Source: an uncultured delta proteobacterium (GTDB lineage Bacteria; Desulfobacterota; RBG-13-43-22). From it: a DNA stretch of 64,000 bases. Below, one piece after another: positions 41,556 to 51,428 of the stretch. The stretch is from assembly GCA_963790475.1 (NCBI GenBank), contig CAWBOS010000011.1:128001-192000 (forward strand), given 5' to 3'. Made by a program: the position numbers and the translations under genes. The notes under the pieces are model-generated. The model worked only from the letters and a program-made list of their open reading frames with translations, searched no databases and was not told where the DNA came from. Every line of letters begins with the position of its first letter. The first letter of the stretch is position 1.

Positions 41556-41775
41556 GCTGTAGCCGCTCTTCTATCTCCCCGCGCATTGCCAAGTAATGCT
41601 GATAGTCATTTGACCACTCAACAAATTTTTCGGAATCCTCCAGATTCCCCTTGGTGTATTGATCAAAGAAATCCTCGGAATCCATTCCATATCCACTTTC
41701 AAATATCGCTAGACGCTTTGCCAATGCCACTAGCGCATCGACTCCCGTACTGTATTGGATGGTCTTTTTTTTCAT
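41545..41775 (-). CDS. Putative antitoxin (TumA-like) partner
   Basis: FESGYGMDSEDFFDQY..G.L.D..KFVEW. Confidence 0.7.
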   Translation of the reverse strand: MKKKTIQYSTGVDALVALAKRLAIFESGYGMDSEDFFDQYTKGNLEDSEKFVEWSNDYQHYLAMRGEIEERLQHAA

Positions 41776-42222
41776 GTCCCCGATCTTTCTTTTAAAATTT
41801 ATTCAATTTTCCCTATCCTAATAAATTGTAGATCAGTTCTCCTGAAAGGTCAAAGGGAAAAGCGGCTGGGCACGGTCACCTGGCAGAAAAGGGGGACGTT
41901 CATTCCGAAATTGGATTGTATATGTTCATGGTGTTTCATGAAACTAACTTGAACCGCGAAGGTGGCTTAGGTCAATCGGGTGCGAAAATAGCCGATGGTC
42001 TCCTGCCCTTCTTCCAACTCCACGTCAGGCCCCCAGCTCAAATATTTTTGGGCGAGGGTAATGTCAGGTTTTCGTTGGATCGGGGCGTCCTGGGGCAGGG
42101 GCTTTTTTGAGCCCGGCCGTCCGCCGGGGGCGGAACTAAAAAAAAAGCAAAAGACAAAAACATTTTTGGCACGGATTACGCGGATGGACACGGTTACCAA
42201 CTCAAACTTCTTCAGAAATCGG

Positions 42223-42621
42223 CTAATCGATTTCTGAAGACCGGTTGTCTGCCGAAGCCAGAGTTAAGACTTTTCGTTTGATATCAGCTCGTTCCCCGAA
42301 GTTGATCAATAGCCCTACCTCCAGGCCGGTGGCCTTCAAGTAATTAACCAACTGGGCCTCATGGGCCGGATGGAGTTCTTTAACTGATTTGAGTTCCAGG
42401 ATTATCCGGTCTTCCACCAGGATATCAACTAAGTATTCCCCGACGACCATGCCGTCATAAGAAACTTGGATGGGAGTTTCCCTGAATGCCTTCAGGCCGT
42501 TCTTTTCCAGTTCGATGAGAAGAGCATTCTGGTAGACATTTTCCAGAAAGCCAAAGCCCAGGATTTTGTGGACCTTATAGACGCATTGGATAATCCGGCC
42601 GGTTATGTCCTGGTGTTTCAT
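42223..42621 (-). CDS. GxxExxY protein, copy 3
   Basis: Three substitutions relative to copy 1. Confidence 0.9.
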   Translation of the reverse strand: MKHQDITGRIIQCVYKVHKILGFGFLENVYQNALLIELEKNGLKAFRETPIQVSYDGMVVGEYLVDILVEDRIILELKSVKELHPAHEAQLVNYLKATGLEVGLLINFGERADIKRKVLTLASADNRSSEID

Positions 42622-42935
42622 TTTATTGACAGGCAGTAAATTAAGTTAAAGAAATTTTGGCACGGATTGCACGGATGGACACGGCCAATCGGCATAGAGC
42701 AAAGGGCATAGAGCATAAAGTATAGGGCTAACAAACCGGCATAGGGTTTCTCAAGAACTCGGGGAGCCGATTTCTTGAGCCCGGCGATCCTCCGGGGGCG
42801 GAACAAAAAAAATGCAAAAGACAAGAGCTTATTTTTGGCACGGGTCCGGATGGCCGGACACGCGGATGGACACGGTTAACCACTGGGTCACTTTTGTCAG
42901 TGGGCGGAGCCTCTGATCCTCGGGACGGCGGCCAG

Positions 42936-43196
42936 TTAAACCCCCACTTTTTCTTTTAACCAGTCGTTGATCAAACTGTCTTCATTGATCCGTAATTTTT
43001 TGGCCTGTTTTTTAATTATTTCATACAATCCATTCTCAATTCCTACATACTTCTTCTTTTTTAATTTAAATCGAAGCCCTTTTACTTCCTCAGTATCTGG
43101 AAATTCAGTAAAATCATGGCGGTCCCAAAATTCCGAGGCCTGATCTATTGACATGTTCTCCATTTTTTTACTTTTTTGCATATCTTTTTCTTTCAT
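42936..43196 (-). CDS. CopG/BrnA-like antitoxin; upstream BrnT reduced to its last ~20 codons (43168-43227)
   Basis: ASEFWDRHDFTEF..LINDWLKEK; overlapping remnant IVTARDMNKNERKRYAKK*. Confidence 0.7.
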   Translation of the reverse strand: MKEKDMQKSKKMENMSIDQASEFWDRHDFTEFPDTEEVKGLRFKLKKKKYVGIENGLYEIIKKQAKKLRINEDSLINDWLKEKVGV

Positions 43197-43495
43197 TTTT
43201 GTTCATATCCCTGGCGGTCACAATCAAGATTACACGGATTGCACGGTTCTTTCAAAATTAAGGCTGTCTCTCGCCCGCTTCCTTCGTTCGCTCAAGCGCG
43301 CAGAGGGCGCAGAGCGGGACCTTTTATCTTGGCCTGAATCTTTGAGAAGGAGATTCCGGCAAGCCGGCTCAGCCTTCGGCGGCTAACCGGGTTAAGATAA
43401 AAAAACCTTTTGGCACGGATTACACGGATAGACACGGTTAACCACTTGGGTAATCAAGAACTCGGGGAGCCGATTTCTTGAGGACTGCTGTCAAG

Positions 43496-43870
43496 TCAAG
43501 TCCGCATGCTGACACTTCCGGGTTGCGGCTTCCGGACACGAAATTTCGTACTCAAGGCAATAACAATCGCTCCGGATTCCAAATCCCGGCTATGCCGATC
43601 CATGACATCACGCAAAAGCTTTATTCTCTCAAAGCGCGGCAAGTTTTCCAAACGTAGGACACCACAATGAGGCTCACCTTGTCGCCATATCATTTCCTCG
43701 AAATCGTTATCTGTCGTAATAATAATCCGGTGTTCCTTTATGGCCCAATTCAAAATCTCATTGTCACTCATCTTGGGGTCCTTCTGACCGACTTCGACTA
43801 TGTCATGCCCCTGGTGAATCAACCATTGAGCCACAACCCCACTTGCGTTAACATCCAACAAGAAGTTCAT
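43496..43870 (-). CDS. DUF5615 PIN-like toxin
   Basis: FLLDVN, GHDI, SDNEIL, RIIITTDNDF, HCGVLRL. Confidence 0.85.
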   Translation of the reverse strand: MNFLLDVNASGVVAQWLIHQGHDIVEVGQKDPKMSDNEILNWAIKEHRIIITTDNDFEEMIWRQGEPHCGVLRLENLPRFERIKLLRDVMDRHSRDLESGAIVIALSTKFRVRKPQPGSVSMRT

Positions 43871-43875
43871 GAAGA

Positions 43876-44115
43876 TTAGCCAACTGCGACACGATCAAAA
43901 ACATCTTCTCGGGCAACCATATGATGCGCATAGAGCAAAACAGCACGGAAATCATCCGGCTCCAGTTGGGGATAGTCTTGAAGGATCTCTTCTTGTGTAG
44001 CTCCTTTGGCCAATAGCTCCAACACCATTTCGACAGATATCCTCAGACCTCGAATAAGAGGTTTTCCACAAAGAACCTCCTTATTAAAGGTGATACGATT
44101 TAATAGATCCTGCAT
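43876..44115 (-). CDS. DUF433 antitoxin
   Basis: RITFNKEVLCGKPLIRGLRISV..EEILQDYPQL; start MQDLL after RBS gggagg. Confidence 0.88.
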   Translation of the reverse strand: MQDLLNRITFNKEVLCGKPLIRGLRISVEMVLELLAKGATQEEILQDYPQLEPDDFRAVLLYAHHMVAREDVFDRVAVG

Positions 44116-44900
44116 TGTTGCCCTCCCAAAATATTTATTATTTGAAAGTTTATAGGGGTACAACCAAATTGTCAAGGAAGGCTTCTTTTTGTCACGGGTC
44201 CGGATGGGCCGGACACTAGGATGGACACGATTAATCACTCAGACTTCTACAGAAATCGGCTAATCGATTTCTGTAGACCACGTTCTTCATTCTGTTCAGT
44301 TATTCTGTTCGTCTGTGCGGTCTATTTGGTTTGTTTCGTCAGGGCCTAAGTCAAAGACAATCATATTGAATCGGGAGATGGTCGTCAAAAATCAGGCCCA
44401 AGCAGTCAATCGGGTGCGAAAATAGTCGATGGTCTCCTGCAGCCCTTCTTCCAACTCTACGCCAGGCCACCAATTTAAATATTTTTGGGCCAGGGTAATG
44501 TCGGGTTTTCGTTGGATCGGGTCGTCCTGGGGCAGGGGCTTTTTTGAGCCCGGCCGTCCGCCGGGGGCGGAACTAAAAAAAAAGCAAAAGACAAAGACAT
44601 TTTTGGCACGGATTGCACGGATGGACACGGCCAATCGGCATAGAGCAAAGGGCATAGAGCATAGAGTATAGGGCTAACATACCGGCATAGGGTTTCTCAA
44701 GAACTCGGGGAGCCGATTTCTTGAGCCCGGCGATCCTCCGGGGGCGGAAAAGAGGCAAATACAAAAGCTAAAGGAATTTTTTGGCACGGATTGCACGGAT
44801 GGACACGGTTAAAGGCCCTTGAGTTTCTTCTGAAATCGGGCTTCCGATTTCAGAAGAAAAATCCCCCTCCTGGCGGAGGAACGCAATAAAAGGATTTTCT

Positions 44901-45110
44901 TTAAGCGTAGGCCAGCTTTCCTTTGGGTTCCGGGGTTTCTCTCCCCAATTCCTGAGCTGTTTTAAGCCATTCGGGAATTACTCCCTGGGCATTTTCTACT
45001 GCTTCCCCGTAGGTTTTTCCATCGGCCATACACCCGGGAAGCTCAGGAACTTCCACAATAAAGCACCCATCCTCAGCGCTCCAATAAACAACCAGTTCGT
45101 ACTTAAACAT
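44901..45110 (-). CDS. hicB: HicB-family antitoxin
   Basis: YWSAEDGCFIVEVPELPGCMADGKTY. Confidence 0.88.
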   Translation of the reverse strand: MFKYELVVYWSAEDGCFIVEVPELPGCMADGKTYGEAVENAQGVIPEWLKTAQELGRETPEPKGKLAYA

Positions 45111-45364
45111 CTATGACCTCACTGTGAATTTTATATTGGAGAATGATCTTTCTAATTTGTTTGACCTGATAAGCCTTTGCCTTGCCGTCCCTCAAAGGTT
45201 GGAGGTTAATGATCTCGGGAATTCCGCTTCGATAAAAGATATAAAGGTCACCATTTATTCTCTCGAAGAATCCCAAACCGGTCAAGAGCCTTCTGATATC
45301 ATTTAAATCGTATGTTGTTATCGGCTAACCCGGAGAGAACGCTGTTCAATAGTTTTGTTTCCAT
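45103..45364 (-). pseudogene. HicA-family toxin, frameshifted
   Basis: METKLLNSVLSGLADNNIRF / DIRRLLTGLGF..EIINLQP..KAKAYQVKQ; +1 shift near 45303. Confidence 0.7.
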
Positions 45365-45952
45365 CAATCCTACCTTAATATTTTAGGCTACTGGATTGGG
45401 ATAGGTACCAATTATAAGTGTTTTTGATCCCTTCTGCAAAACTTATTTTCGGCTATCCTTGTCCCTGTGGGTTTGGGGTCAAATCTTTATGCTTACATTT
45501 GCTTAGCGTCATAGGAAGGGACGCTCGTTCTGAACGTGCTTGAACCAGGGACAGGTCTATTTTCTTGGCATTGAATGATCTTAGCTCATAGCTCATTACT
45601 GATAGATCATTGGAAAAACAGGAAACAATACTCAAAGGTCTGTTCGGTCTATCTGGTCTATTTGGTTTGTTGGGTCTGTTTGGTCAGTTAAAAGACTGCA
45701 AAGATAAGCGCTTCTTTTTGGCACGGATTACACGGATTTCACGGTTCTTTCAAAATCAAAACTTTCTCTCGCCCGCTTCCTTCGGTCGCTCAAGCGCGCA
45801 GAGGGCGCTGAGAGGGGCGGGGTTTTCTTTTTCATTGCGGTTGAGAGGGACCGCAATGAAAAGCAAGCTCGGCCTGCGGCATTTTCCAGTCAGTTTTGTC
45901 TGTTTGGTTGATCTGGCTTGTTTTGGTCTAAACGAACCAGGATATGGAATAA

Positions 45953-46090
45953 TTATTTCCTGGATTTTGCTTTCTTATATATTCCCTCCCGTGAACCAAT
46001 AACCGTAACCGTTATCGTCCTCCCCTCAATGCAATAGACAATTCTATATTCCGGCCGTCGTCCAAAATGATAAGAGATATCCCTCCATGG
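45953..46090 (-). pseudogene. RelE-like toxin C-terminal remnant
   Basis: YHFGRRPEYRIVYCIEGRTITVTVIGSREGIYKK; N-terminal half missing. Confidence 0.55.
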
Positions 46091-46092
46091 AG

Positions 46093-46308
46093 TTATCGAT
46101 ATTCCTTCTGCAACTCTGCCAGACTTATAAATTTTTTCCCGGCTTTTCTATCCTCGCCGGCCTCCCGGCCTCTTTGGTTGACATAGCGGATGAACCACTC
46201 ATCCTCTTTAAGCTTTAAATATTCGACAAAATCGAAAACCTCTTTAATCTTCTTCTCCGGGAGGTCCTGGATATCATTTATAAGCTTTTGTTTTAAAGAA
46301 TAAGCCAT
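46093..46308 (-). CDS. DUF2281-like antitoxin
   Basis: IQDLPEKKIKEVFDFVEYLK; RBS aaggag. Confidence 0.7.
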   Translation of the reverse strand: MAYSLKQKLINDIQDLPEKKIKEVFDFVEYLKLKEDEWFIRYVNQRGREAGEDRKAGKKFISLAELQKEYR

Positions 46309-46702
46309 GGCTTATCTCTCCTTAGTTTTTCTTCTAATTTATCATATTCTTTTTAATTTTTCCAGTTGTCCATTTCATTCAGTTATTGTCTCTCCTGCCC
46401 TATCTCGTCTGGTTGGCATAGGGCAAAGGGCGATCTAATCTGTTTGGTCTATCTGGTTTGTTGGGTTGCTTTGGTTTATTGGGTTTATTGGGTTTGTCGG
46501 CTTGTTCATAAGTTCATAACTGATAGCTGTGAATAGCTCATAGCTGATAGCTCATAGCGTAAAAGTCAAATGTTTTTTGGCACGGATTACGCAGATGGAC
46601 ACGGTTTAATTCTGGTCTGGTCTGTTTGGTCGATTAGGTTCATTGGGTTTGTTGGGTTTGTCGGGTTGTTCCGGGGAAAGACGGCATGGTCGGGGGTGAA
46701 CC

Positions 46703-46912
46703 TTAGGCTGCTTGGAGTTTTTTATCCATCTGTTTAATGACGTCTTTAAATAGTTGGGAGGCTTGAAAAACCTCAACCCCGATCAGGTTACCGGCCTTGT
46801 CTAATTCCATATTTACGTTCGGACTAAGCTCCACTACTTCCTCTTCCTGTCCTTCCCTGCCCAGATACAAGATATCCTCTCGATCATCATAAAAAACCTT
46901 AAATCCTTCCAT
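46703..46912 (-). CDS. DUF2283 protein (putative antitoxin)
   Basis: YDDREDILYL..ELDKAGNLIGVEVFQAS. Confidence 0.8.
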   Translation of the reverse strand: MEGFKVFYDDREDILYLGREGQEEEVVELSPNVNMELDKAGNLIGVEVFQASQLFKDVIKQMDKKLQAA

Positions 46913-47189
46913 TACAGACTCCTCCATCTACCGCTGGTTATCCTCTTCCCTTTTTGCCCTTCTTTTAAGGGATGAATGGTTATAATTTTAATCCAGCTTT
47001 CTTCTTCTTTATAAGCTATCATAATTTCCCTTTACCATAAAGTTCTTCCGAGGCCACGGCAACATGATGCCCGCTCAAAATATCCAGATACTTTTCTTTT
47101 GAACTTTCAAAAACTTTTCGGGGAAGGTTTTTATCTATTTTCCTTAAAACCAGTCTGTTTTCAAGGTGTTTAGAATATCTTATTTCCAT
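46912..47189 (-). pseudogene. DUF4258-like putative toxin, frameshifted
   Basis: MEIRYSKHLENRLVLRKI... / IMIAY..KIITIHPLK..SGRW; shift near 47030. Confidence 0.6.
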
Positions 47190-47443
47190 TTTTTGTACGG
47201 CGCTTCAAAAATATGGTTTAGGGTCAAATCTTTATCCTTTGCATTTGCTCAGCGTCACAGGAAGGGACGTTCGGTCTGAACGTGGTCTATTCAGTCTGTT
47301 TCGTCGCATAGGGCAGAGAGCATAGATCAAAGGGCACAGGGCATAGAGCATAGGGCCAACAAACCGGCATTGGGGTTATCAAGAATCGAGCAATCGATTT
47401 CTTGTGGACTGATGTCCGCCGGGGGCGGAACAAAAAGAAAGGG

Positions 47444-47620
47444 TTATAATAGTGAGAGAAATTCTTCTCGTGACAATCCTGCCTGCTCCAGAATTGCCCT
47501 TAAGGTTCCTTTCGGTAATACTTTTCTACTTCCCTTACCTCTTTTGGGGGCATCCAGGAAGCCTCCTTTTCGTAAAGCCTGAATGACCTCCCTTGAAGAA
47601 AGGGATGGCATTCTGGTCAT
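47444..47620 (-). pseudogene. HicA-family toxin with in-frame internal deletion
   Basis: MPSLSSREVIQALRKGGF..RGKGS|RKVLPKGTLRAILEQAGL; the GSH histidine and following strands are missing. Confidence 0.65.
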
Positions 47621-47856
47621 TAAACAACAGCCTCCAAATGAGCCGTAAATTTTTCTTTAGTTGTCAGGCTTTCTTCGATATCCTCAATCAGATCGAGTTC
47701 TTTGGCGTTGTCCAGATATAATTCCACCGCTTCTTTTAAATTATTGACCGCCTCTTCAAACGTATCCCCACAACTGGCCACCCCTAGTTCAGGACACTTG
47801 GAAACAAACCCTTCCGTCTCTTTCCAGACGACGGCTGTATATTCAAAAATTTTCAT
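47620..47856 (-). CDS. hicB: HicB-family antitoxin
   Basis: FVSKCPELGVASCGDTFEEAVNNLKEAVELY. Confidence 0.87.
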   Translation of the reverse strand: MKIFEYTAVVWKETEGFVSKCPELGVASCGDTFEEAVNNLKEAVELYLDNAKELDLIEDIEESLTTKEKFTAHLEAVV

Positions 47857-48282
47857 AGGGATTCCTTTTACCTATTAATTGGGGTTGTTGGATTTGTTTT
47901 GTTTGATCAATGTTTTTTATATTCAAGATAAAGTCACATAACTAATTATAATAACATAGATTGAGTCTGGTTTCAAGTGTTCCTTTGTTGAGGCTGTTCG
48001 GTCAATCTAGTCTATTTGGTCTGTTTAGTCTGTATGGTCTATAGGGTTCCTTGGGTCCATTGGGTTTGTTGGGTTTGTTGGGTTGTTCAGAAGCTCAAAG
48101 CTGATAGCTGGATTTAGCTCATAGTGCAAAGTCGATAGCGCACAGGAAAAATCAAAGAAGCGGAAAGGTTTCTTTTTGGCACGGATGACATGGATAGCAC
48201 GGTTCTTTCAAAATCAAAACTTTCTCTCGCCCGCTTCCTTCCGTCGCTCAAGCGCGCGGAGGGCGCAGAGAGGACCCATTCT

Positions 48283-48413
48283 CAGACCTTTGAAAAAGTC
48301 TCCTATTACGTCATACCGGCGAAAGCCGGTATCCAGAACCAATTAAAAACACTGGATTCCGTGTCAAGCACGGAATGACGAAAAGGAAGTTGGCATAATA
48401 ATTCAAAGGTCTC
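48283..48413. mobile_element. 131-bp MITE with IS5-type ends carrying a palindromic core, TSD ATTCT
   Basis: cagacctttgaa...ttcaaaggtctc; internal gtcataccggcgaaagccggtatccag..ctggattcc. Confidence 0.82.
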
Positions 48414-48877
48414 ATTCTCTTGGCCTGAATCTTTGAAAAGAAGATTCAAACCAACCGGCTCAGCCTTCGGCGGCTAACCGGGTTAAGATAAAAAAACCTT
48501 TTGGCACGAATGAGTTTAGCTCATAGCTCAAAGCTGATAGGCTCATTGGAAAAGTCAGAAAAGCTTAACGACTTTTTTGGCACGGATTTCACGGATGGAC
48601 ACGGTTAACCTCTGGTCTGTTTGGTGATTTGGTCTATCTGGTCTGCCGGGTCTATTCGGAAGCTCATTGCTGATAGCTCAAAGCTCATAGAAAAACCAGG
48701 GCTTCAGGGCAAGCTACCGCTCCTTCGATTCCGGGAAAGTAAGACCGGTCGATATGGAAGCTCATAGCAAGATAGCTCATAACAAGAAACAGGATTCAAG
48801 GATTCAAGGGGTCGAGGATTCAAGATCACAGAAAAACAGAATCCCCATTCATCTTGTTCAACTCACAGTGAAACCGA

Positions 48878-50315
48878 TCAAACGGCGCCTAAACCTCTTA
48901 AAGCCGCAGGAATAGTCAATACCAGAATCTTGAGATCCAGCCAGAATGACCACTGATCAATATATTGCATATCCATTTTCATCCACTCGGAAAAAGAGAC
49001 ACTGCAGCGGCCGTTGATCTGCCAGAGGCATGTCATTCCGGGTCGGACGCTGAAGCGGCGGCGCTGTCAGTCCTGGTCGAAACCGTTGTAATCTCGAACG
49101 GGCAGGGGTCTCGGGCCGACCAGGCTCATCTCCCCCTTCAGCACGTTGATCAACTGGGGCAGTTCGTCGATACTGGTTTTCCGTAAAAATTTCCCGATGC
49201 CTGTGATCCGGGGATCGTCCTTGATCTTGAAGGCCGGCCCGTCTACCTCGTTCAATGTTTCCAGGGCCGCGATCCTGGCCTCCGCGTCGGCCACCATGGT
49301 CCGGAATTTATAGAGCCGGAAGATCCTCTTGTGGAGCCCGACCCGGTCCTGGACGAAAAAAACAGGCCCCGGGCGAGGTCAGTTTGATCAACAGGGCTGC
49401 AGCCAGGAAAAACGGCGAGAGCACAATCAGCAGGAGCAGAGAGCCGATGAAATCCAGCATATACTTAACCACCACGGGAGTCCCCTCCATCCGCCCGGTG
49501 GAGACGGTGATAAAAGCATCCTCCTCGTTCTCTTCCGGCCGGACCCGGCCCAGTTTCAGGTTGAAGAAGTCCGAAGGGAAGCGGACCAGGATGCCCTGCT
49601 TTTCGCAGTCGGACACGATCTGAGAGATCTGCTGGTAATAGGACTTGATGGGCAGGCAGATGACCACTTCGTCGATAACCGCGGTGCGGAGCAGGGCCGG
49701 CAGGCTGTTGAAGTCGGCCACCAGGTGGTGGCCCGATTTCTCGAAACCCTTCATCCCGGGGCCTTCGTCCACAAAGCCCATGATCCGGTAACCGAACTCC
49801 GGGGTATTCAAAACCTTGTCCACAAAGCGCAGGGCCCGGGAACTGGTGCCGACGAGAAGTATATTTCGCAGGTTCCGTCCCCGGTTCCTGATCTTTTTCA
49901 GCCCGTACTTCAGTATAAGGCGAGCGGCAATGGTCCCCAGGGCAGAGGACCCCCAGAAAACGTCCAGGAAGAGACCGTTGATCAGCCGTATATTGAAGAA
50001 GATTGAGGCGAGCAGCAACACCAAGGTCCCGAGGCTGACGGCCTTGAAGATCTGCCGCATATCTTCCTGACGGGTTGTGAGCCGACGGGAATGGTAGAGC
50101 TTGAAAAAAGAGAAAAGGCCGTGCCAGACCAGAAGGAAGGCCACGCAGATCAGCAGGTTCGAAGCCTTGATCCGCATGGCCAGGACCCGTTCAAAGGAGA
50201 CCCCCTTCATCTCCTGGGAGGTGACCCAGGTGGCGAAAAGGAAATAGCCGGCCAAGGCTGCCAGGTCAAACAGCTTGAGAGCTTTTAAAAGGATTTTACG
50301 GCGGAATGTGCCCAT
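48878..50315 (-). pseudogene. Priming undecaprenyl-phosphate glycosyltransferase (WcaJ/CpsE-like), frameshift plus nonsense
   Basis: [35 protein letters not shown]; extra base ~49368; TGA in place of Trp at 49067. Confidence 0.88.
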
Positions 50316-50332
50316 GGGTTAGCTCATAATTC

Positions 50333-50475
50333 GAGAGCTTTGAAAAAAATCCCCTTTTGCCCAATCTCAGTGTCAGACTCAAATTTTAATCCTCGAAATA
50401 CTAAATGTATTACTGTGGTTAAAATTTTCATCTTCCTTGACCTTGAACAAAGATTGAACATTTTTCAAAGCTCCC
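50333..50475. mobile_element. ~142-bp MITE copy 3, just upstream of the priming transferase start
   Basis: Close homologue of 11786-11927; near-TSD aattc/agttc. Confidence 0.82.
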
Positions 50476-50586
50476 AGTTCATTATAGGTTTATTTCAAAG
50501 CACGTTTCGCTCAAGAAGCCAAGAGCTCAAGGTTTACTTTTTCTTTTTTCCTTCGTGTCCCTTATGCCTTGGCAGTAAAACAGGCC

Positions 50587-50955
50587 TTAAGATGATTTAG
50601 AGACGTTAAGTCCCGCTACCACCTTATGAGGAAAATTATTAATCCAGGCCACTTTCCCCGCTCGGGGAAGTTCTTCAAGGGTAAAGTTTAGACTTTGTCC
50701 AACAGTCAGAGGCAGCGGCTTGAAAACCTCAATTCCTAAACCCCGGTGGGAGCAATCGAAGGTTTGGGCTTCTACAGGCCTTCCTCTCCATATAAAATTA
50801 AAAAGGATTTGGCGTTTTTCCCGGTGTTCTCTCCTTTTTTCAGGACCATATTTCCCGCTGAATATTTTTCCACAATAGCTACAGGGGGAGAAAGCTTCTA
50901 CCGAAGCAGAATAGGTATATTGACCACAGGCTGGACAGTTAATCCGCAGCATCAT
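50587..50955 (-). CDS. Zn-ribbon plus PilZ-domain protein
   Basis: CPAC..CSYC, then EKRREHR (RxxxR) and DCSHRG (D/NxSxxG). Confidence 0.72.
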   Translation of the reverse strand: MMLRINCPACGQYTYSASVEAFSPCSYCGKIFSGKYGPEKRREHREKRQILFNFIWRGRPVEAQTFDCSHRGLGIEVFKPLPLTVGQSLNFTLEELPRAGKVAWINNFPHKVVAGLNVSKSS

Positions 50956-51251
50956 CTTCCTTTCCTTTCCACTGAGAAAGTATGTTAAGGAAATATGCCT
51001 TGCTTTTTTGAACTTAGATATTCCCCGGATCGCTTCCGGGTTTTTTGTGATGAGATGTTATCGGCCACTAAAGTAGAACGCAGGAGGAATGTCAAGGAGG
51101 CAAAGGTATGCAGAACCTTACAACCAAAGTACTAAATCAATGAAATGACCTTGTGTTTATTGAGGGATTGGAAGACAGAAGACAAGTGTCAGGAGAAAAA
51201 ATTCAGAAGATTAGTTCTTTAATATTATAAGGGGCAGATATTAGATTACTT

Positions 51252-51428
51252 CCACCGCAGAGCCGCAAAGGTCGCAGAGAAAGAACATTTTTTTGCTTTC
51301 CATTGAGAGGACGGAAAGCAAAAAGAGCTTTTTTCATTTGCCGCCTCTCACCGGCAAATGAAAATCTTATCTCAGCGTTCTTCGCGTCTCGAACGAGTCT
51401 CTCTTTTATCCGGACGAGTGCGCGGTGA
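51252..51428. repeat. CACCGCAGAG-type palindromic repeat; inverted copy 56432-56610, relatives at 62049-62237, 9237-9330 and 45766-45862
   Basis: Shared ttttgctttcc-N8-ggaaagcaaaa and catttgcc-N-ggcaaatg hairpins; terminal caccgc/gcggtg. Confidence 0.72.

Larger units (their letters stand above)
36845..48860. repeat. Repeat-punctuated cassette array (GGCACGGAT units, hairpins, 7/8/9-mer tandem tracts)
   Basis: About 23 co-oriented ttGGCACGGAT(TA/TG)CACGGATGGACACGG-type units between small minus-strand genes; about 6 more elsewhere in the island. Confidence 0.9.

Noticed and set aside
36845-48860. Canonical integron
   Set aside because: No IntI ORF, and the repeats lack consistent RYYYAAC/GTTRRRY attC ends by eye
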